Of a DNA stretch of 64,000 bases, positions 46,552 through 55,882 are shown piece after piece (position 1 is the first letter of the stretch; each line of letters opens with the position of its first letter). The stretch is taken from the NCBI GenBank assembly GCA_029265355.1, contig JAJUJL010000015.1, forward strand, positions 55,012-119,011, given 5' to 3'. Source of the stretch: Chloroflexota bacterium (GTDB taxonomy: Bacteria > Chloroflexota > Anaerolineae > Anaerolineales > UBA4823). A model generated the notes under the pieces. That model was given only the letters and a program-made list of their open reading frames with translations, had not been told where the DNA came from and made no database searches. A program made the position numbers and the translations under genes.

Positions 46552-47424
46552 TCAGTTGGCTTGAACGAAGGTGCCGTTGCGCAGATCCATCAAAGCCTGC
46601 TGGATTTCTTGCTGGGTGTTCATCACAAAGGGTCCGTAGGGATAGATTGGCTCGCGGAAAGGCGCACCTGCCATGAGCATGAAGCGCACGCCGCCGCTGG
46701 CACCGGTTTGCACCTGCAGCAAGTCGCCGTCATTGAACTCGACCATGTGCACGGCGGGGACGAATTCGCCCTGCCCGCGGTCGTCCATTCCGAATAGGCT
46801 CTCCCCTTCGAATACGTAGGCGATCAGCGTGTGCCCGAGCGGGACTGGCAGGCTGAATTCGGCGCTGGCCTCCAGGGCGACGTCCATGTACAGCGGCTGG
46901 GCGGCGATCTCGGTCACCGGCCCGCGCACACCGTTGAATTCACCAGCCACCACGCGCAGCCTCCCGCCTGGGAAGGCGACGGAGGGGATGCTCTCCGCGC
47001 TCACTTCCTGGTAGCGCGGCTGGCTCATCTTTTGGGCGGCAGGCAAGTTGACCCACAACTGAAAACCCATGATCGCGCCACTCGGGCCACGGCGGGGCAT
47101 TTCCTCGTGCAAGATGCCGCGCCCGCTGGTCATCCATTGCACATCGCCAGGGCCGATCACGCCGATATTGCCAAGGCTGTCGCGATGGCGCACGTTGCCT
47201 TCCAGCATATAGGTGACTGTTTCGATGCCGCGGTGCGGGTGAGTGGGAAAGCCCATGATGGGCCCTTCACGTGGATCGTTGAAGGCGAAGTGATCGAAAA
47301 GCAGGAAGGGATCGAACAGGTTAGATCGTGCCGGGCCGAACGAACGCCGGAGCAGAACGCCAGCGCCTTCGATCACATATTGCGGCTCGATGATTTGTTT
47401 CACGGTGCGAAAAAGGTTACCCAT
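46552..47424 (-). CDS. Pirin family protein
   Basis: GFPTHPHRGIETVTYMLEG...HRDSLG...DVQWMTSGRGILHEE. Bicupin length of 290 aa. Confidence 0.9.
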   Translation of the reverse strand: MGNLFRTVKQIIEPQYVIEGAGVLLRRSFGPARSNLFDPFLLFDHFAFNDPREGPIMGFPTHPHRGIETVTYMLEGNVRHRDSLGNIGVIGPGDVQWMTSGRGILHEEMPRRGPSGAIMGFQLWVNLPAAQKMSQPRYQEVSAESIPSVAFPGGRLRVVAGEFNGVRGPVTEIAAQPLYMDVALEASAEFSLPVPLGHTLIAYVFEGESLFGMDDRGQGEFVPAVHMVEFNDGDLLQVQTGASGGVRFMLMAGAPFREPIYPYGPFVMNTQQEIQQALMDLRNGTFVQAN

Positions 47425-47548
47425 AAGTGTTTTTCCTCAAAAATAGATTTATCCGGTAATGTTTACCCAATTATAAATCAAAATAGCCGGGCTGAAGGCG
47501 TATAATCTCCAAAAGGATGTCTGCATTTCTGGAGGCTGGAGGGTTGCG

Positions 47549-48013
47549 ATGGGTATGGTTGAGAAGGCGCTGGCTTATGAGCTGCAATCGGCGATGGAAG
47601 CAGACTTCCCTGCAATCCGCAAGCTGATCTGGCAAGCTCGAATCAACCCGACCGGATTGGACTGGAGGCGGTTTGTTGTTGCGGTCACGGCGCAGGGGCA
47701 GGTGATTGGCTGCGGGCAGCTCAAGCCGCACAAGGACGGCTCTGTGGAGCTCGCCTCCATTGCTGTATTGCCGGAGTGGCGCAGCCGCGGCGTTGGACGC
47801 GCCGTCGTTGAACACCTGCTGCGAAATGCGCCGCGACCGGTTTACCTGACCTGCCGGGCGGCTCTGGAAACGTATTATCACCAGTTTGGCTTCGAATCTA
47901 TTGCCCCGGATGAAATGACGCCCTATTTCCGGCGCATTGCAAAGTTGTTTCGCGTGATGAAGGTGGGGGGAATGTCGGGCGAGGATTTGCGGGTGATGCG
48001 GCTCTCCTCCTGA
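47549..48013 (+). CDS. GNAT family N-acetyltransferase
   Basis: Acetyl-CoA motif A VLPEWRSRGVGRAVVEHLL. 154 aa. Confidence 0.8.
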   Translation: MGMVEKALAYELQSAMEADFPAIRKLIWQARINPTGLDWRRFVVAVTAQGQVIGCGQLKPHKDGSVELASIAVLPEWRSRGVGRAVVEHLLRNAPRPVYLTCRAALETYYHQFGFESIAPDEMTPYFRRIAKLFRVMKVGGMSGEDLRVMRLSS

Positions 48014-48018
48014 CAAAA

Positions 48019-48279
48019 TTGCTATTGACAGCTCGCAGCGGCACCGAGCTGCTGCGCAAAGCGGACCAGGCGCTTTACCGCAGCAAGCAGATGGGACGTA
48101 ACCAGGTGCGCCTGGCTTACGAAGAACGTATGCTGCCGAAGACCTCGCATTACACCCAGACCCCATTGGAGCGCCTGTCGCGACTGGCAGAGCGCGAGGG
48201 TGTAGGCGAGGTGGTTTTGCTGCGCGAGGCGCTGGACAACCTGTTGATGAAATACAATGTGACGCGTTTCGATGAGTAG
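48019..48279 (+). CDS. Small ribbon-helix-helix (CopG/Arc-like) candidate; upstream ORF part is an in-frame relic of a GGDEF-domain C-terminus
   Basis: ADQALYRSKQMGRNQV matches the extreme C-terminus of GGDEF domains. KTSHYTQTPLERLSRLAEREGVGEVVLLREALDNLL fits strand-helix-helix. Possible real start ATG 48130. Confidence 0.4.
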   Translation: MLLTARSGTELLRKADQALYRSKQMGRNQVRLAYEERMLPKTSHYTQTPLERLSRLAEREGVGEVVLLREALDNLLMKYNVTRFDE

Positions 48280-48303
48280 GAGAAGGGCAACGCAAACCGT
48301 CGG

Positions 48304-49305
48304 TCAATTCCCCGCAATGACGCGCACAGGCCATTTACCAGCGCTGCGCTCCAGGTAGCTGCGGCGCGTACGCCCAAAGGCGGGCTCGATCTCGGAGAGC
48401 GGGCGCACGCTTCCATTCACCAGTACGGGGGGGTCGATCGTGCGCAGCTTGGTGCTCACCAGGAAAGTGGGGTGGGTTTCATCCCAGGCAAAGCGAGTCG
48501 AAGGCGCTACCAGCCTGGTCAGGCGCCGGATCTCCTCATCGTGGCAGCCCAACAGCTTCTGCCAGGCGGGCTGGTCAGTGCCCCACAGGTCTTGCTCGCT
48601 CAAAACGCCAATTGCCAGAGCGCGGCGGATGGCCTGGGCAGTCAGCTCATATAGGCCTACTTCGCGAAAGTTTGCCCAGGAAGCCTGGTCGGCAGCGATG
48701 AAGGTCTCGCCCAACCAGCGTGCAATGCGCAGGTCGTTGACCACGATGCGTCCCTGGTGCACCTGCAGGTGGCGCAAGGCGCGCTGGATTTGCTGAAAGC
48801 TGGCGAGACCCAAATCGTGACTGTCTCGCAAGAAGTAATCCAGGCGGTCGGCACACAGGCTGGGAGCGGGCTGTTCCAGCAGTGGGTAGCGCTGAGCCAG
48901 GCCTTCGTCGTCCAGGCAGACGAAGTCGCACCAGTTGTAACCGTACCGCGCCAGCACCTCGGGGATATCGGTGCTGGCAGTAAACTCGGCCTTGTGCAGG
49001 TCATGATAATCCTGGCTGTCGTGCCCATCAAAGACATAATCAATGACGTGGCTGAAGGCGGTATGGCTGACATCGTGCAGCAGGGCTGCGACCTGCTGCT
49101 CCAGGTCGGCGCCCAGGCGGCGCACCAAAAGCATCACGCCGACCGAGTGCTCAAAGCGCGTCGTATCGCGGGTAATGCCGATCAGGCCGCTGATGCCGTG
49201 CTGCAGCACACCTTGCAAGCGCTGCAGGGCTGCGCTCGCGAGGAGATCGAGCAGCAGCGGCTCGTTGATCTCAACCTCGCCATACAGGCGGTCATTCAGC
49301 AGCAT
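48304..49305 (-). CDS. HD-domain metal-dependent phosphohydrolase
   Basis: Start trimmed to ATG 49305. RFEHSVGV...LLHDVSHTAFSH HD motif. Confidence 0.8.
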   Translation of the reverse strand: MLLNDRLYGEVEINEPLLLDLLASAALQRLQGVLQHGISGLIGITRDTTRFEHSVGVMLLVRRLGADLEQQVAALLHDVSHTAFSHVIDYVFDGHDSQDYHDLHKAEFTASTDIPEVLARYGYNWCDFVCLDDEGLAQRYPLLEQPAPSLCADRLDYFLRDSHDLGLASFQQIQRALRHLQVHQGRIVVNDLRIARWLGETFIAADQASWANFREVGLYELTAQAIRRALAIGVLSEQDLWGTDQPAWQKLLGCHDEEIRRLTRLVAPSTRFAWDETHPTFLVSTKLRTIDPPVLVNGSVRPLSEIEPAFGRTRRSYLERSAGKWPVRVIAGN

Positions 49306-49319
49306 TGGTTTTTGACTGT

Positions 49320-49640
49320 TTAGCGGTATTCTTCCCGCGCTGGGTGGAAGGCATCCACGATCCGGCAGTCTTTGAGAGCCAGTCCAGAGTGGCGCACACC
49401 ACCAGGGATGACCACCACACTGCCGGGATGCATGTGGTAAACCTGCCCGTCCACGGTGAGCTGGAATTCGCCTTCCAGCAGTGTGGTGATCTGCTCGTGT
49501 GGGTGGCTGTGTTCTGGCAGGGGCGAGCCGGCAACAATATTCCAGTAAGCCATGGTCATGTTCGGGCTGTGCACGAAGCGCCCCCAAAATCCGGGCACCA
49601 TCTCTTTTTCAGCCAGGGTGTTGAGATCTGTGAAGCTCAT
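49320..49640 (-). CDS. Cupin-domain protein
   Basis: HSHPHEQITTLLEG...HPGSVVVIPGGVRH cupin motifs. AGGAG SD. Confidence 0.8.
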   Translation of the reverse strand: MSFTDLNTLAEKEMVPGFWGRFVHSPNMTMAYWNIVAGSPLPEHSHPHEQITTLLEGEFQLTVDGQVYHMHPGSVVVIPGGVRHSGLALKDCRIVDAFHPAREEYR

Positions 49641-49736
49641 GATAATCTCCTGAATGAACTCGGGACCAATCAGGTTTACAGGTATGCCGCGGCATTATGG
49701 TTCACATAACACCCCAAAACATCATCAAGCTGATCT

Positions 49737-51440
49737 TCAGCCAATCGAAGCAATCTCCCGGGGAAGCGTACCGGGTTGAGCAGCGGGGGCAGCGCCAATG
49801 GGTGGGCGGGCGGTCGCACCCGGTTTGACCGGAACACGACTCATGGCGTATTCTGCCAGGGCGGCGATGGTCAGGCTGGGGTTTACGCCCGGGTTGGCGG
49901 GCATGATCGAGCCATCCACCACGTACAGACCCGGGTAATTGTGAATCTGGCAGTTGAGGTCGATGACGCCTTCCTGATCATCCTTGCCAAAGGGGCAGCC
50001 TCCCAGGATATGGGCGGTGATCGGAATGTTGAGCAGCCCCTCATTGATCGAGCCTGCGGGTATGCCGTTGATTTTTTGGGCGAAGCGCCGCGTAACCTGG
50101 TGACCGATGGGGAGCATGGTTGGGATGGTATGCTGCTCATCGGGATGGGAAACCAGGGCTTTGCGAAACAAGGTCAATGGGCTGCGTCCCAATCGCAAGC
50201 GGATACGGTTATCCTCGGTCTGCATCACCAGCAAAATCGTGGTACGCTGTGCCCAGCCTGGCAGGAGGTGCGTTTTCATGAAGTCCACTGGCCGAGAGAC
50301 GATTTGGATAAGGGATTTTATAATGCGCATGGGTATGCTTTGACCGTCATCGATCAACGGGCCCGACATAAAGCGCATCAGCGACGAACCCGCCGGGTAG
50401 CGCACCGGTTCGATGCTGGTGACTTCATCGGCGTCGAAGATTGAAGTGATGGCGATGCCTTTTGAGTAGTCCACCTCCCTTGTACGTGCGCTGACTCCCA
50501 GCAAGGACTCACTGTTGGTGCGCACCAGGTCTCCCAGGCGAGGCGAGATATTTTTCAAGGAACCGGTGATATCTCGGCAGCGGAAGAGCAGGTTCAGGGT
50601 GCCCAGCGCCCCACCGGAGAAAATCACATTGCGCGCCCGCACACGCTGCTCGGGTTTGACGAACCAGGCGGTGCTGCGATGATAGAGCACCTCGTAGCGC
50701 GCCCCGTCTGGCTGGTCGGGTGGGAGCGGTCGCACATCATGCACCTGGGACTCAGCCTGCACCCTGGCGCCCCACTTTTCAGCCAGGTAGAGGTAATTTT
50801 TGACCAACGTGTTCTTGGCGTTATACCGGCAACCGACCATGCACCCGCCGCAGTGATTGCAGGCGTTGCGCGCGGGTCCTTCGCCGTTGAAATACGGGTC
50901 TGGATATTCTTGACCTTCGGTGCCACGCTCGCCGAAGAATGCACCCACGGTGGTGGGGCGAAAGCTGTCCTGGGTGCCCAGTTCCTGGGCAATCTCTTTC
51001 AGGATATGATCTGAAACCCAAAAGCGTGGATTGGGGGTCACTCCCAGCATGCGCCGGGCGGTGTCGTAATGAGGCTGCAGCACGGTTTTCCAATCCGCCA
51101 TGTGTTTCCAGGATGGGTTTTCGAACAGCGCATCACTGGGCTGCATCAGGACGTTGGCGTAACCCAGGCTGCCACCCCCAACCCCGCTGCCGTGCAGCAC
51201 CAGCACGTTGCGAAAGAGAGTGATTTGTAAGATGCCAAAACAGCGCGCCGCCGGCAACCACAGGTACTTGAAAATATTCCAGGAAGATTTGGCATAGTCC
51301 TGGTCACGAAAGCGTTTGCCGCGTTCCAGCACCAGCACAGAGTAACCCTTTTCGGTCAGACGCAATGCCGAGACGCTGCCGCCAAAGCCAGATCCGATGA
51401 TCACATAATCGTACACTTTCGTCAGCGAGTGATTCTTCAT
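49737..51440 (-). CDS. GMC-family FAD oxidoreductase, paralogue of 44963..46525
   Basis: YDYVIIGSGFGGSVSALRLTEKGYSVLVLERG. CNHCGGCMVGCRYNAKNTL. HILGGCPFG...VDGSIMPANPGVNPSLTI. Confidence 0.85.
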   Translation of the reverse strand: MKNHSLTKVYDYVIIGSGFGGSVSALRLTEKGYSVLVLERGKRFRDQDYAKSSWNIFKYLWLPAARCFGILQITLFRNVLVLHGSGVGGGSLGYANVLMQPSDALFENPSWKHMADWKTVLQPHYDTARRMLGVTPNPRFWVSDHILKEIAQELGTQDSFRPTTVGAFFGERGTEGQEYPDPYFNGEGPARNACNHCGGCMVGCRYNAKNTLVKNYLYLAEKWGARVQAESQVHDVRPLPPDQPDGARYEVLYHRSTAWFVKPEQRVRARNVIFSGGALGTLNLLFRCRDITGSLKNISPRLGDLVRTNSESLLGVSARTREVDYSKGIAITSIFDADEVTSIEPVRYPAGSSLMRFMSGPLIDDGQSIPMRIIKSLIQIVSRPVDFMKTHLLPGWAQRTTILLVMQTEDNRIRLRLGRSPLTLFRKALVSHPDEQHTIPTMLPIGHQVTRRFAQKINGIPAGSINEGLLNIPITAHILGGCPFGKDDQEGVIDLNCQIHNYPGLYVVDGSIMPANPGVNPSLTIAALAEYAMSRVPVKPGATARPPIGAAPAAQPGTLPREIASIG

Positions 51441-51533
51441 AGTGATCCTGCTGCAGCCCTTCTCGAACTGTTTCTGGCTGTGGGGTATCGAGTGTGAATC
51501 GGCCGCGCCAACACCACAGCAAAAAGGATGGCA

Positions 51534-52739
51534 TTATTCCATTTCGACTGCCAGTGCAACCGCCTCGGCGCCGCCCAGGCACAGCGAGGCAATGCCACGG
51601 CGCAAACCGCGCTGCTTGAGGGAATACACCAACGTGGTCAGCAACCGTGCTCCCGTGGCGCCAAGCGGATGGCCGAGCGCAATCGCCCCGCCATTGACGT
51701 TCACTTTTTCCCAATCCCAGCCGATATCTGCCATGGCGTATCCATCTGCCAACACCTGGGCAGCAAAGGCTTCGTTCAACTCGATCAGATCCACATCTGC
51801 CAGGCTCCAGCCTGCTTTTGCCAGCAGGCGGGGGATGGCTTTGGCGGGTGCAATGAACAAGTATTTGGGCTCTACGGCTGCCTGGGCGTAGGCGACAATG
51901 CGCGCCAGCGGCTGCCTGCCCATGGCTTCGGCTTTGGCACGGCTGGCGACCACCAATGCAGCTGCGCCATCATTGAGCCCCGGAGCGTTGCCTGCGGTGA
52001 CCTTGCCGTCTTTCACGAAAGCGGGTTTCAGGGCGGCCAGCGCTTCCAGGCTGGTATCGCGGCGCGGCGATTCATCGGTGTCGACCACCGTCACCTGGCC
52101 CTTTCGCCCCGCGATTTCGACGGGCACGATTTCATCTCTGAATCGCCCGGCATCGATGGCGGCAATGGCTTTGCGATGGCTGTTGACGGCGTATTCGTCC
52201 ATTGCCTGGCGGGTGACTTCATACTCATCGGCGATGAACTCGGCCGCATTTCCCATGCCCCAATTTTCGAACGGATCCCACAAGCCATCGTGCAGCAGCG
52301 CATCGATCAATTGAGTGTGCCCGAAGCGCAGCTCTCCAGAGCGTCCCCGCACCAGATAGGGCGCACAGCTCATGCTCTCCATACCGCCGGCGACAAAAAG
52401 GTCGCCATCGCCAGCGCGAATCGCCTGCGCAGCCTGCATGACGGTCTTCAAGCCTGAGCCGCACACCTTGTTCAAGGTGGTCGCGCCCACACTGGGCGGT
52501 AGACCAGCGTGGATGCTCGCCTGGCGGGCGGGAGCCTGTCCTTCTCCTGCGGAAACCACATTCCCCATCCAGACCTCTTCGATCTCGGATGGATCGGGAA
52601 TACCGGCGCGTGCAACCGCCGCGCGAATGGCGATCGCACCCAATTGCGGGGCGCTCAAACTGCTCAGGCCACCCTGAAAACGACCGGTGGGGGTGCGCGT
52701 TGCACTCAGGATGACGGCATCACGAGGGTTTCGGGTCAT
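51534..52739 (-). CDS. Acetyl-CoA C-acetyltransferase (bacterial thiolase II)
   Basis: ATG 52739 behind AGGAG. LNKVCGSGLK (Cys nucleophile), NVNGGAIALGHPLGATG, CLGGAEAVAL. Confidence 0.9.
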   Translation of the reverse strand: MTRNPRDAVILSATRTPTGRFQGGLSSLSAPQLGAIAIRAAVARAGIPDPSEIEEVWMGNVVSAGEGQAPARQASIHAGLPPSVGATTLNKVCGSGLKTVMQAAQAIRAGDGDLFVAGGMESMSCAPYLVRGRSGELRFGHTQLIDALLHDGLWDPFENWGMGNAAEFIADEYEVTRQAMDEYAVNSHRKAIAAIDAGRFRDEIVPVEIAGRKGQVTVVDTDESPRRDTSLEALAALKPAFVKDGKVTAGNAPGLNDGAAALVVASRAKAEAMGRQPLARIVAYAQAAVEPKYLFIAPAKAIPRLLAKAGWSLADVDLIELNEAFAAQVLADGYAMADIGWDWEKVNVNGGAIALGHPLGATGARLLTTLVYSLKQRGLRRGIASLCLGGAEAVALAVEME

Positions 52740-52749
52740 CTCATCGCTC

Positions 52750-53256
52750 CTATGGGTTGTCTTCACGTGGAAAGCTCGTTTGCCAGGCGGTCTTCACCCG
52801 CTGGTAGGTATCCTCCAGGCTTTCGGGTAGCACGCGAGTTTCGGCCAGGGCTGACATAAAATTCGTGTCGCCGCCCCAGCGCGGCACCACATGGATGTGC
52901 ACATGCTCGCTGATACCTGCGCCGGCAACTTCTCCGAGATTGATGCCGACGTTGAAACCCTGTGGATGATAGACCTGTTTTAGTACCTCAATGCCTTGGC
53001 TGACCAGCTCGATCATCTCGGCGCGCTGTTGGGGCTCCAGGTTCTCCAGTTGAGATTCGTGTGCGTAAGGCACGATCATCAGATGCCCGCTGGTGTAAGG
53101 GTAGCGGTTTAAGATGACGAAAGCCAGTTGGCCGCGGTGGATGATCAGATTTCCTGCATTGTCGGGGCGTGCCATCTCTCGACAAAACGCGCAGTCAGTA
53201 TCTTTGTTCTGTTCTTGTATATAAGCCATGCGCCAGGGAGACCAGAGATGCTTCAT
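52750..53256 (-). CDS. HIT family (Ap4A phosphorylase-like) protein
   Basis: Histidine triad HVHIHVVPRW. N-terminal WSPWRMAYI. Confidence 0.85.
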   Translation of the reverse strand: MKHLWSPWRMAYIQEQNKDTDCAFCREMARPDNAGNLIIHRGQLAFVILNRYPYTSGHLMIVPYAHESQLENLEPQQRAEMIELVSQGIEVLKQVYHPQGFNVGINLGEVAGAGISEHVHIHVVPRWGGDTNFMSALAETRVLPESLEDTYQRVKTAWQTSFPREDNP

Positions 53257-53340
53257 GGAAGATTACCGCGCCTGCCCGCGCGGGGAGGGTGGTGAGTGAA
53301 TTTTAACTATTGTAGCAAAGAACGGCGATCTGAGGAATGG

Positions 53341-53369
53341 TTGACATCCCGACTTTTCCGGGGTATGCT
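53341..53369 (+). promoter_or_regulatory. Promoter of xseA
   Basis: TTGACA (53341-53346), 17 nt, TATGCT (53364-53369). Confidence 0.5.
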
Positions 53370-53417
53370 ACACATCTACCCTCCTCGGGTTTGCTCGACG
53401 CCTGGAATGTTCTTGTG

Positions 53418-54650
53418 ATGATACAGCCGATGTTTTCAGGTCCGATTTCCTGGTCTGTTGCTGAATTGACCCGCTATGTGCGCGATTTGCTGGAAGGCGA
53501 TCCGGCCTTGCAGGATGTTTGGGTTGCAGGCGAGGTTTCGAATTATACACGGGCTTCTTCCGGACACATTTATTTTACATTAAAAGATGCAGCAGCATCT
53601 TTGCGCTGCGTCATGTGGCGAAACACAGCTCTGCGCCAGCGCTATTTGCCCCGCGAAGGGGAGGCCATCGAAGCGCATGGCGCGATTGGAGTGTACGAAC
53701 CAGGCGGTCAATATCAGTTGTATGTCGATGCCATGCGCCCGGCAGGCGAGGGCGCGCTGTACCAGGAATTTTTGCGCCTGAAGGCACGCCTGGAAGCTGA
53801 GGGGCTCTTTGATCCACAACGCAAACGAGCGGCGCCGCGCTGGCCGCGACGCATTGGCATTGTCACCTCGCCCACCGGGGCAGCGCTGCGCGATATGCTC
53901 AATACCCTGCGGCGCCGCTATCCGCTGGTGGAAGTTGTGCTGGCGCCCTCGCCGGTGCAAGGCAGCGACGCGCCGGCGCGCCTGGTTCAGGCTTTGCAGG
54001 ACTTGCAGCGAGTGGCGCAGCCAGATGTCATCCTGGTGGCGCGCGGCGGCGGCTCCATCGAGGATCTGTGGGCGTTCAACGATGAACAGCTAGCCCGCGC
54101 CATTGCTGCATCGTCTGTACCAGTCATCTGCGGCGTTGGGCACGAGACGGATTTCACCATTGCTGATTTCGCGGCTGATCTGCGCGCGGCGACGCCCACG
54201 GCAGCGGCAGAGTTGGCGACGCCTGACCGTGAAGAATTGCAGCAATCGCTGGTTGAGTTGAGCAACACGTTGGCGCGCCTGGGGCAAGCCATGCTGGTGC
54301 AGCGACGCTGGGCCGTAGATGGACTCATCAACCGCCTCAAGCTGCATTCTCCTCTGCGGCGAATTCAGAATGACCGCCAACGCCTGGATGATTTCCTGCG
54401 CCGAGCTGCCTTGCAAACCCGCCACGCACTGCTCCTGCAGCGCACCCGGTTGTCTGGCATGGAGCAGCGTCTGGCAGCGCTCAACCCGCGTTCTGTTCTG
54501 GAGCGGGGTTATGCGGTCGTTTCGCGTCCAGATGGCAGCGTGTTGCACAGTGTGCTGGAAGTGCGCAGCGGCGATGATCTGCTCTTGGAGATGAAAGATG
54601 GCAAAATCGACGCGCAGGTGCGGCGCACTTTGAGCCTGGGGGGGAGCTGA
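53418..54650 (+). CDS. xseA: Exodeoxyribonuclease VII large subunit
   Basis: OB-fold N-terminus (VWVAGEVSNYTRASSGHIYFTLKD), catalytic region (IGIVTSPTGAALRD, ARGGGSIEDLWAFNDE), coiled-coil tail. Start 53418 or 53430. Confidence 0.85.
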   Translation: MIQPMFSGPISWSVAELTRYVRDLLEGDPALQDVWVAGEVSNYTRASSGHIYFTLKDAAASLRCVMWRNTALRQRYLPREGEAIEAHGAIGVYEPGGQYQLYVDAMRPAGEGALYQEFLRLKARLEAEGLFDPQRKRAAPRWPRRIGIVTSPTGAALRDMLNTLRRRYPLVEVVLAPSPVQGSDAPARLVQALQDLQRVAQPDVILVARGGGSIEDLWAFNDEQLARAIAASSVPVICGVGHETDFTIADFAADLRAATPTAAAELATPDREELQQSLVELSNTLARLGQAMLVQRRWAVDGLINRLKLHSPLRRIQNDRQRLDDFLRRAALQTRHALLLQRTRLSGMEQRLAALNPRSVLERGYAVVSRPDGSVLHSVLEVRSGDDLLLEMKDGKIDAQVRRTLSLGGS

Positions 54651-54669
54651 ACCTTTGGATGACGGCGTG

Positions 54670-55146
54670 ATGATCGAACTATCCCCTGAACAGCAGGCGG
54701 AGATTACCCGCCTGGCTGGCGAATTCAACGATCGCCTGGTGCAAGCAGGTTCCACCTATGCCGAACGCGCCTTTGGGCTGAGCTGTGGGTTGGGCTTCTT
54801 ACCCGCCCTTGCGCTGCTGGCGGTGCTGTTTGCATTGCGCTTCATCAACGTGATCCTGGCGTTCACGCTGTTTATCATCGTCATCCTGGGCTTAACGGGA
54901 TTGGCAAATTTGCTGGCCTACACTGCCCGGCTGAACGCAGTCCGCAATACCTACCGCCAGCAAGTGCAGCCCGAGATCGACCGCTACATCAGCCAGCAAG
55001 GCATCTCCCGCCAACAGTTCGATACCTGGGCGGTTACCGGCCTGGCGGATGGCGCGCCTCTGACTATATTTTTGAATCCAGCGCTTCCCCAAGCCGCTGA
55101 AGAAGAGGATGCTAAACCTGCGGATGATGAGCTCACTGGCAGGTAG
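54670..55146 (+). CDS. Hypothetical two-TM membrane protein inserted between xseA and xseB
   Basis: Hydrophobic hairpin LGFLPALALLAVLFAL...LAFTLFIIVILGLTGLANLL. Acidic tail. Start uncertain (TTG 54655 / ATG 54670). Confidence 0.5.
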   Translation: MIELSPEQQAEITRLAGEFNDRLVQAGSTYAERAFGLSCGLGFLPALALLAVLFALRFINVILAFTLFIIVILGLTGLANLLAYTARLNAVRNTYRQQVQPEIDRYISQQGISRQQFDTWAVTGLADGAPLTIFLNPALPQAAEEEDAKPADDELTGR

Positions 55147-55163
55147 ATGGAGCAGAGAATTCA

Positions 55164-55400
55164 ATGGATGCTCAATTGCAGAAACCGGTTGAAGAACTGA
55201 CGTATGAAGAAGCCTTCTCCCAGTTGGAGGAGATTGTGGCTTCACTGGAGTCGAGCCAGTATAATCTCGACCAATCTTTGAGCCTGTATGAACGCGGCCA
55301 GGCTTTGGTGAAACGCTGCGCTCAATTGCTGGACCAGGCCGAGCTGCGGGTATTGCAGCTCACCGAGAATGGCTTAACAGAGTTTTCAGAGGAAGCCTGA
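55164..55400 (+). CDS. xseB: Exodeoxyribonuclease VII small subunit
   Basis: LTYEEAFSQLEEIVASLESSQYNLDQSLSLYERGQALVKRC is typical XseB. 78 aa. Confidence 0.85.
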   Translation: MDAQLQKPVEELTYEEAFSQLEEIVASLESSQYNLDQSLSLYERGQALVKRCAQLLDQAELRVLQLTENGLTEFSEEA

Positions 55401-55403
55401 AGC

Positions 55404-55856
55404 ATGCACCTTGGAGGTCTGTTCCAGAATCATATCTTGCTTGCTGCGCTGACTGCCTGGGCAATCGCCCAGGGGATCAAAGTTCCACTCGAATTTCTGC
55501 GCACGCGCCGTTGGAATTGGTCCCTGTTGCTGCGCGCAGGAGGCATGCCCAGCTCGCATTCTGCGCTGGTGACCGGCATCGCGCATGGCATTGGATTGCA
55601 TGTCGGCTTCAACGAGCCTCTGTTTGCCCTGGCAGCTACGGTCGCCATCGTGGTGGTGTATGACGCCACCGGTATCCGCCGGCAGGCAGGAATGCACGCT
55701 GCCTTGATCAACCACATGATTGACGACCTGGCAGCCGGGCATCCGCTCAAGGGGGAACAATTGTTGGAAGTCTTGGGGCATACGCCGCTGGAAGCGCTGG
55801 CGGGCGTTGTGTTGGGGCTGGTGGTCAGCCAGGTGGAATGGCTGATCTTCCGGTGA
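55404..55856 (+). CDS. Divergent PAP2 (DUF212) family membrane protein
   Basis: GGMPSSHSALV and VVVYDATGIRRQAG motifs. 150 aa. Confidence 0.8.
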   Translation: MHLGGLFQNHILLAALTAWAIAQGIKVPLEFLRTRRWNWSLLLRAGGMPSSHSALVTGIAHGIGLHVGFNEPLFALAATVAIVVVYDATGIRRQAGMHAALINHMIDDLAAGHPLKGEQLLEVLGHTPLEALAGVVLGLVVSQVEWLIFR

Positions 55857-55882
55857 TTTGTCCACCACACCCTGCTGGCGGC

